From Macrostomum lignano (Eukaryota), in NCBI GenBank assembly GCA_002269645.1, contig NIVC01002622.1, positions 62,001 to 126,000 of the forward strand: a stretch of DNA of 64,000 bases, given 5' to 3'. The notes beneath the pieces are model-generated. The model did not search any database. It saw only the letters and a list, made by a program, of their open reading frames with translations, and had not been told where the DNA came from. The number at the start of each line of letters is the position of its first letter. The stretch's first letter is position 1. This document shows, in pieces, positions 58,191 through 64,000 of this stretch. A program made the translations under genes and the position numbers.

Positions 58191-59054
58191 TCAGTTGTCG
58201 TAGACATAGCCAATCGGTGGGCCGCCCTCCACCTCTTCGCACATGATCTCGTACTTCAGGCACAGTCGCAGCACCTGCAGTCTGTACTTTTGCTGCGACT
58301 CGTCGCTTAGGTACCGCCGAATGCGTCTCTCGCCCATGCCTAGTTCCGATGACGTCATAGCAGCTTTGCCGTCGCGAGCGTCGCTAGATTCATCGTCGAC
58401 TAGTGTAGCGGCCATTGTTGTGGAGACAATGACAGCCAGCAGTAGGAGAGCTGAGGGTTGGAGTAGACCGACTGAATTGATGGATTTGACAAATGGTGGT
58501 GGGTTCGTGTAGGATTGAGCTCGTTTTTACTCAGCTATAGAATTTCTGTTTGCCTCAATTGAGCTGCAGTGAATCGTGAATGTCTGCTTGAAAGACGAGA
58601 CACAGCAGGGCGTTGCGATTTTAAACAACAAGAAGGAGCTCTATTTTTGCCAAAATACAAGCTAGTCCTTGTGCAGTTCGTAATTACTGCCTGTATGCTA
58701 AGCATCCACAACTTTATCACCCATCACCTCAGCACCCACCACCTCAGCACCCACCACCTAAGCACCCACCACCTAAGCACCCACCACCTCAGCACCCACC
58801 ACCTCAGCACCCACCACCTCAGCACCCACCACCTCAGCACCCATCACCTCAGCACCCACCACCTCAGCACCCACCACCTAAGCACCCACCACCTAAGTAG
58901 CACCCAGTTACTCAGCACCCACCACCTAAGCACCCACCATCTAAGTAGCACTCAGTTATTCAGCACCCACCACCTCAACATCCACCACCTCAGCACCCAT
59001 TCTAAGATTAATAAAAAACAAAATAAAGTTTTTCTCACCAATGAATGACTCCAT
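58191..59054 (-). CDS. Putative secreted peptide-hormone/neuropeptide precursor, 98 aa
   Basis: Exon 1 is 59039-59054 (ATG GAG TCA TTC ATT G|GTGAG) and exon 2 is 58191-58471 (AATTCAG| acceptor). The phase-1 join gives MESFIVGLLQPSALLLLAVIVSTTMA-ATLVDDESSDARDGKAAMTSSELGMGE-RRIRR-YLSDESQQKYRLQVLRLCLKYEIMCEEVEGGPPIGYVYDN. Confidence 0.7.
58715..59000. repeat. 15-bp minisatellite (CACCCACCACCTCAG)
   Basis: Array within the intron of the putative prepropeptide gene. Confidence 0.92.
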
Positions 59055-59989
59055 GTTTTTGGAAGTTGCGTTTTTAAGTTTTTGCTTTTGTATTTTTTGT
59101 TGTTGCTGCTACTTAATCAGCACAGATCGGGACACCAAATATGAGAAGAGGCCGACAAGGTACCGACAGTCCCTTTAAATGATTGCAGATGTAGTCATAT
59201 TCCCAGTCACAGTCAGTCTCAGCCAGTCAGAGTCCGGCTATTCTCATTTGCTCCTTGTGCTCCGATTCGCTGAAGAGAGAGAATCGGCACTGATGCAGAG
59301 CAAACTGGTGAAAAAATTCCTAAGAATATTAATAAGGCCCAACTTCATTAGTGCCTCTGAGAGTTCATTAGCCGGTAAAGGTGCTTATAGCTGCTGGGGC
59401 ACCAGGGGCTAATGCTGACTTTATGACCTCCATTCGTGCAGGATAATTTCCTGAAGAAGATCTCCGTCTTCCTATTGCCGGATGCAATCTCCAGCCGTCA
59501 GATAATATCCGCAGTAGCCAGGCCATCCGGCAAGGGGCTAAGCCAGCTGCCTTATCTATTAATCTGGCTGTCCCCAAGCTGTGGAAGTAACGAACCGTTG
59601 ACGACACGCATGTAACCAATTCCTTGTGTACTCTTGATTGGAATGACCAGCGCTGACCCAGCTGAGCCCGTCTCGAATCCAGCTGCCCGAGCGATTCCTA
59701 ATCCTGTAATCTCTGTTCTGAAATTGATCCAGCCGATATCGTCAGACATGTACGCTCGTACCGATTATCAAGGACTGATAAAATTTGGGATACATCGGTG
59801 ATAGACAAATTTACAAGGCCTTCGCTTGGCACTGATAAATATATATATCGTTTCGATAGAGGCCTTAATCTTATTCATTTCCTGATGAATTTGGTGCAAA
59901 AATCGACTGTACAAAATGAAAACTAATGTTAATACAAAAACACGAGCTACATGCATGTACTACAGTCACAACACAAAGCTCCAGAACGA

Positions 59990-60547
59990 TCAGTTCCACA
60001 GCCTGCCAAAATCAACTCCGAAGGACGAGTCGAAGACGCTGAATCCGACCTTCCTGCCCAGCTGGAAACCAGTGCCGAGCACCTTGATCGTCAGCGAGTC
60101 GTCCACGATCCCGATGGCGGACGAGACGCCCAGACCGAGGTTGACGTCGAAGGCGGACATGCGACCTCCAGCGAGGACGAGCTTCGCCCCGTAGCCGAGG
60201 CATGTCGGCCCGGCGAATGCCGACACCTCGGCGCCGAACACGGTGAAATCGATGGTGTCGAGCGGCGTCTCTCCAGAGTTGACCTTCATTAAGCCGGCTC
60301 CGATGAGGTACTCGATCTTCGGGCCGGTGTAATTCTTGGTCACCTTCACCGCGGTCTCGATGAATCCGACCGTGTGCTCTTCAAATTTCTGCAGGCGACC
60401 TTCAACTGCTACGACGTAGGCAGACGATGTGTAGGCCATGGAGTCGTAATCCGCTGCCGTCAGGATCTCGTCGACGCTGTACTCAACATCAGCATTCAGA
60501 TTGTTTTCCAATTTTTCCTTGATTGTTGTCTCTAGGCCCGCAGTCAT
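59990..60547 (-). CDS. Uncharacterised intronless 185-aa protein with a Gly/Ala-rich amphipathic beta-strand C-terminal half
   Basis: ATG-initiated ORF with coding-like GC3 bias. C-terminus is FGAEVSAFAGP..FDVNLGLGVSSAIG..KVLGTGFQLGRKVGFSVFDSSFGVDF. Confidence 0.75.
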   Translation of the reverse strand: MTAGLETTIKEKLENNLNADVEYSVDEILTAADYDSMAYTSSAYVVAVEGRLQKFEEHTVGFIETAVKVTKNYTGPKIEYLIGAGLMKVNSGETPLDTIDFTVFGAEVSAFAGPTCLGYGAKLVLAGGRMSAFDVNLGLGVSSAIGIVDDSLTIKVLGTGFQLGRKVGFSVFDSSFGVDFGRLWN

Positions 60548-61374
60548 GGTAACTGGTTGGTTTTTGGATATCTAAAATTGGAATTCGTCAGCATGGAGCA
60601 GCAAAGTCGGAGGGTGGTCGGTTCGGTTGGTCACCCTAATTTGGGGTTTCTCAAGATACATTCCGGGTCAAGAAACGCACAATGCGTTACACACTAAGCT
60701 GACAAATATCAGGCTGCAAGCACAACCGTTGTGTGCGTCCCTGCACAGGAATAGGGTAAACAAGATTAACAAGGTTAACAAGATTTTAACTTACCTTACT
60801 GATGAAAATTTAAGGACCTTGGGGCTTAAGAAGTGTTTAAAGTTAACAGTTTTTTGTCGCATGGAATTTTATCTATTCGGTTTCGAATTTCCAGGGCACG
60901 ATGAAGAATATTATTTGATGCGCATCTACCCAAGTTATAGTTTTATTTATACTGTCGGCTAGGACGAGTGGTACCACCCCCTGCCGTGCGCGAGCTACTA
61001 CTAGAGACTACACGCTCAGCACAAGCACAATAAGCTAACTGATTCTGCGCTGACAGACGCAGATTCAAGAGAATTTCCCAAGCAAACAATGCCGCGAGAT
61101 GAGAGTCCACTGACCACGCGCTGAACAATAGGCCATGAGTGAAATTTACTGACCCTGGCGAAGTTGCTTGCTAGAAAGACGAGGGCTTTGCTTTTCTTGG
61201 AAAACTCTGTTTTGCCAGGCATTTCGCTCAGGGCGTAAATGACACATTGCAGGTTGTTTACAAGAATCTGGACTACAAACTGCTCCTAAAATAACTCTGC
61301 AAATTATTTACAACCAAAGTGCCGCTCGAAAATGCAGGCTTAATCAGTGAGTTCATTACAGTGAGGCCTCTCCA

Positions 61375-62616
61375 TTTCTCACCTGTGATGTGTCTCCATT
61401 TCTTAGCTGTGATGTGTCTCCATTTCTGACCTGTGATGTGTCTCCATTTCTGACCTGTGATGTGTCTCCATTTCTGACCTGTGGTGTGTCTCAATTTCTG
61501 ACCTGTGATGTGTCTCCATTTCTGACCTGTGATGTGTCTCAATTTCTGACCTGTGATGTGTCTCCATTTCTGACCTGTGATGTGTCTCAATTTCTGACCT
61601 GTGATGTGTCTCAATTTCTGACCTGTGATATGTCTCCATTTCTGACCTGTGATGTGTCTCAATTTCTGACCTGTGATGTGTCTCAATTTCTGACCTGTGA
61701 TGTGTCTCCATTTCTGACCTGTGATGTGTCTCAATTTCTGACCTGTGATGTGTCTCAATTTCTGACCTGTGATGTGTCTCAATTTCTGACCTGTGATGTG
61801 TCTCAATTTCTGACCTCTGATGTGCCTCCATTTCTGACCTGTGATGTGTCTCAATTTCTGACCTGTGATGTGTCTCAATTTCTGACCTGTGATGTGTCTC
61901 AATTTCTGACCTGTGATGTGTCTCCATTTCTGACCTGTGATGTGTCTCAATTTCTGACCTGTGATGTGCCTCCATTTCTGACCTGTGATGTGTCTCAATT
62001 TCTGACCTGTGATGTGCCTCCATTTCTGACCTGTGATGTGTCTCAATTTCTGACCTGTGATGTGCCTCCATTTCTGACCTGTGATGTGTCTCAATTTCTG
62101 ACCTGTGATGTGTCTCAATTTCTGACCTGTGATGTGTCTCCATTTCTGACCTGTGATGTGTCTCAATTTCTGACCTGTGATGTGTCTCAATTTCTGACCT
62201 GTGATGTGTCTCAATTTCTGACCTGTGATGTGTCTCAATTTCTGACCTCTGATGTGCCTCCATTTCTGACCTGTGATGTGTCTCCATTTCTGACCTGTGA
62301 TGTGTCTCAATTTCTGACCTGTGATGTGTCTCAATTTCTGACCTGTGATGTGTCTCAATTTCTGACCTGTGATGTGTCTCCATTTCTGACCTGTGATGTG
62401 TCTCAATTTCTGACCTGTGATGTGCCTCCATTTCTGACCTGTGATGTGTCTCAATTTCTGACCTGTGATGTGTCTCAATTTCTGACCTGTGATGTGCCTC
62501 CATTTCTCACCTGTGATGTGCCTCCATTTCTGACCTGTGATGTGTCTCCATTTCTGACCTCTGATGTGCCTCCATTTCTGACCTGTGATGTGTCTCAATT
62601 TCTGACCTGTGATGTG
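61375..62616. repeat. 24-bp minisatellite (TTTCTGACCTGTGATGTGTCTC[A/C]A), ~51 copies
   Basis: A homogeneous array that explains the long repetitive ORFs on both strands. Confidence 0.97.
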
Positions 62617-63450
62617 TTTTAATTGATTGGTAGCAATTCCAAGAAAACCCATCAAGACACCAAATATTGGCGCCCCCTAGGGTTGCGGCCCTCACCAGTT
62701 AAAAACTATTGCGTACACAACTACATCTATCCTTAAAAATTGTGATGCATGTCGTCTGTCCCTCCGAATATTGATTCTCGATTTCTACATTATACCGTAT
62801 ACAGAAACATACCGGTTATAACCTGGGTCATTTTTTAAACTACTATAAACAGTGCGAAAGTTAAAAAGTATGCCAAAAGTCAAGTGTACACGTACTTTAT
62901 TTACTATAGCTGTTTACACCTGACTGGAGTTTGAACGAGCAAATTACAATTCGCGGGAGTGCTGCGGCACACTGGTGCAACGCTTTAGGCCACTTGTGTA
63001 CATTGTGCTGCTCGGGTGTACATGTACAGCGGCAATAACAATTCCTCGGCCCATTGTTTTCGTACGTGCACAAGCCTCAAATGAATGTGGCCGCGCAATA
63101 TTGCATTTGCCGCTGAGATATGCGCTTAAGCTACTTTTAGTAGAGCGAAAAAGTTCAATTATTTATCCTATTATTTATGCTACCCGCAAATTAAGTGAAA
63201 TTTTGAACAAATGCAAATTTGCATCATTGAGAGAGCAGCAATTTAAATGACACATAGTGAGCAAGTTTTAAATCAATAGAGTTCAATGCAGTTGAAGCAC
63301 AGTTGAAGAATATTTGACAAATACTAAAGTGCTACTAGTACACCAAATACTACTTAATTATAATCACAAATGATCTGGATAGCTCAGTAGGCACATGGAT
63401 TTATTTTTGTGTAAGAAAAAAGACTTGGTGTACAGGGATGCGAAACGCAC

Positions 63451-63893
63451 CCTCTACAATGAACTGGGGCCCTCTCAAATGAACTGGCGCTCTCTCAAAT
63501 GAGCTGGCGAGCTTTACAATGAACTGGCACCCCCTCAAATGAACTGGCGCCCTCTACAATGAACTAGCGCCATCTACAATGAACTGGCGCCCTCTACAAT
63601 GAACTGGCGCCATCTACAATGAACTGGCGCCCCTCAAATGAGCTGGCGCCCTGTACAATGAACTGGCGCCCTCTACAATGAACTGGCGCCATCTACAATG
63701 AACTGGCGCCCCCTCAAATGAACTGGCGCCCTCTACAATGAACTGGCGCCCTCTACAATGAACTGGCGCCATCTACAATGAACTGGCGCCCCCTCAAATG
63801 AACTGGCGCCCTCTACAATGAACTGGCGCCCTCTACAATGAACTGGCGCCCTCTACAATGAACTGGCGCCCTCTACAATGAACTGGCGCTCTC
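63451..63893. repeat. 20-bp minisatellite (GAACTGGCGCCCTCTACAAT)
   Basis: About 22 copies. Confidence 0.95.
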
Positions 63894-64000
63894 CCCACTG
63901 AAACTCCTACCTACACACTCAATGTAATGAAACGCGAACGGTTTAGCTTCGCACGCCACTGACTCCGATCAACTCGAGTTCAACTATCAGACGATCTCCA

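Noticed and set aside
59368-59780. Coding-looking minus-strand stretch between the prepropeptide and the beta-strand protein
   Set aside because: Short ORFs in different frames with no recognisable domain or consistent splice model.
61273-62655. Long ORFs of 460, 410 and 366 aa
   Set aside because: Fully explained by a stop-free 24-bp tandem repeat. There is no unique coding sequence or splice context.

Overview
Eukaryotic (metazoan) genomic DNA with GT-AG introns. The minisatellite-filled introns and gene content suggest a free-living flatworm such as Macrostomum lignano (inference only). Left to right: a Tc1/mariner remnant; two tandem paralogues encoding signal peptide + F-type-lectin-like (FTP) + PAN/Apple proteins, the first with a full-length antisense APE-RT-RNaseH LINE (16-bp TSD) in intron 2; an RTE LINE remnant; Cks1 (minus), divergent from a TTLL6/13-type tubulin polyglutamylase; stomatin; an SLC22-type transporter (minus) whose intron holds an intact, identical-LTR Mag-like Ty3/Gypsy element inserted into a SINE; a frameshifted PAN + C-type lectin gene; a large ankyrin-repeat gene; a two-exon candidate peptide-hormone precursor; an intronless Gly-rich beta-strand protein; and about 20 mini/microsatellite arrays. 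The most notable observations are the unrecognised prepropeptide (58191-59054), a hairpin core with compensatory changes shared by different SINE families, tandem amplification of exon-end/splice-donor units in two genes, a duplicated SLC22 exon fused to a SINE, and a roughly 2 kb CpG desert in the Cks1 intron. Exon boundaries were read by eye. Some frameshifts may be assembly errors.
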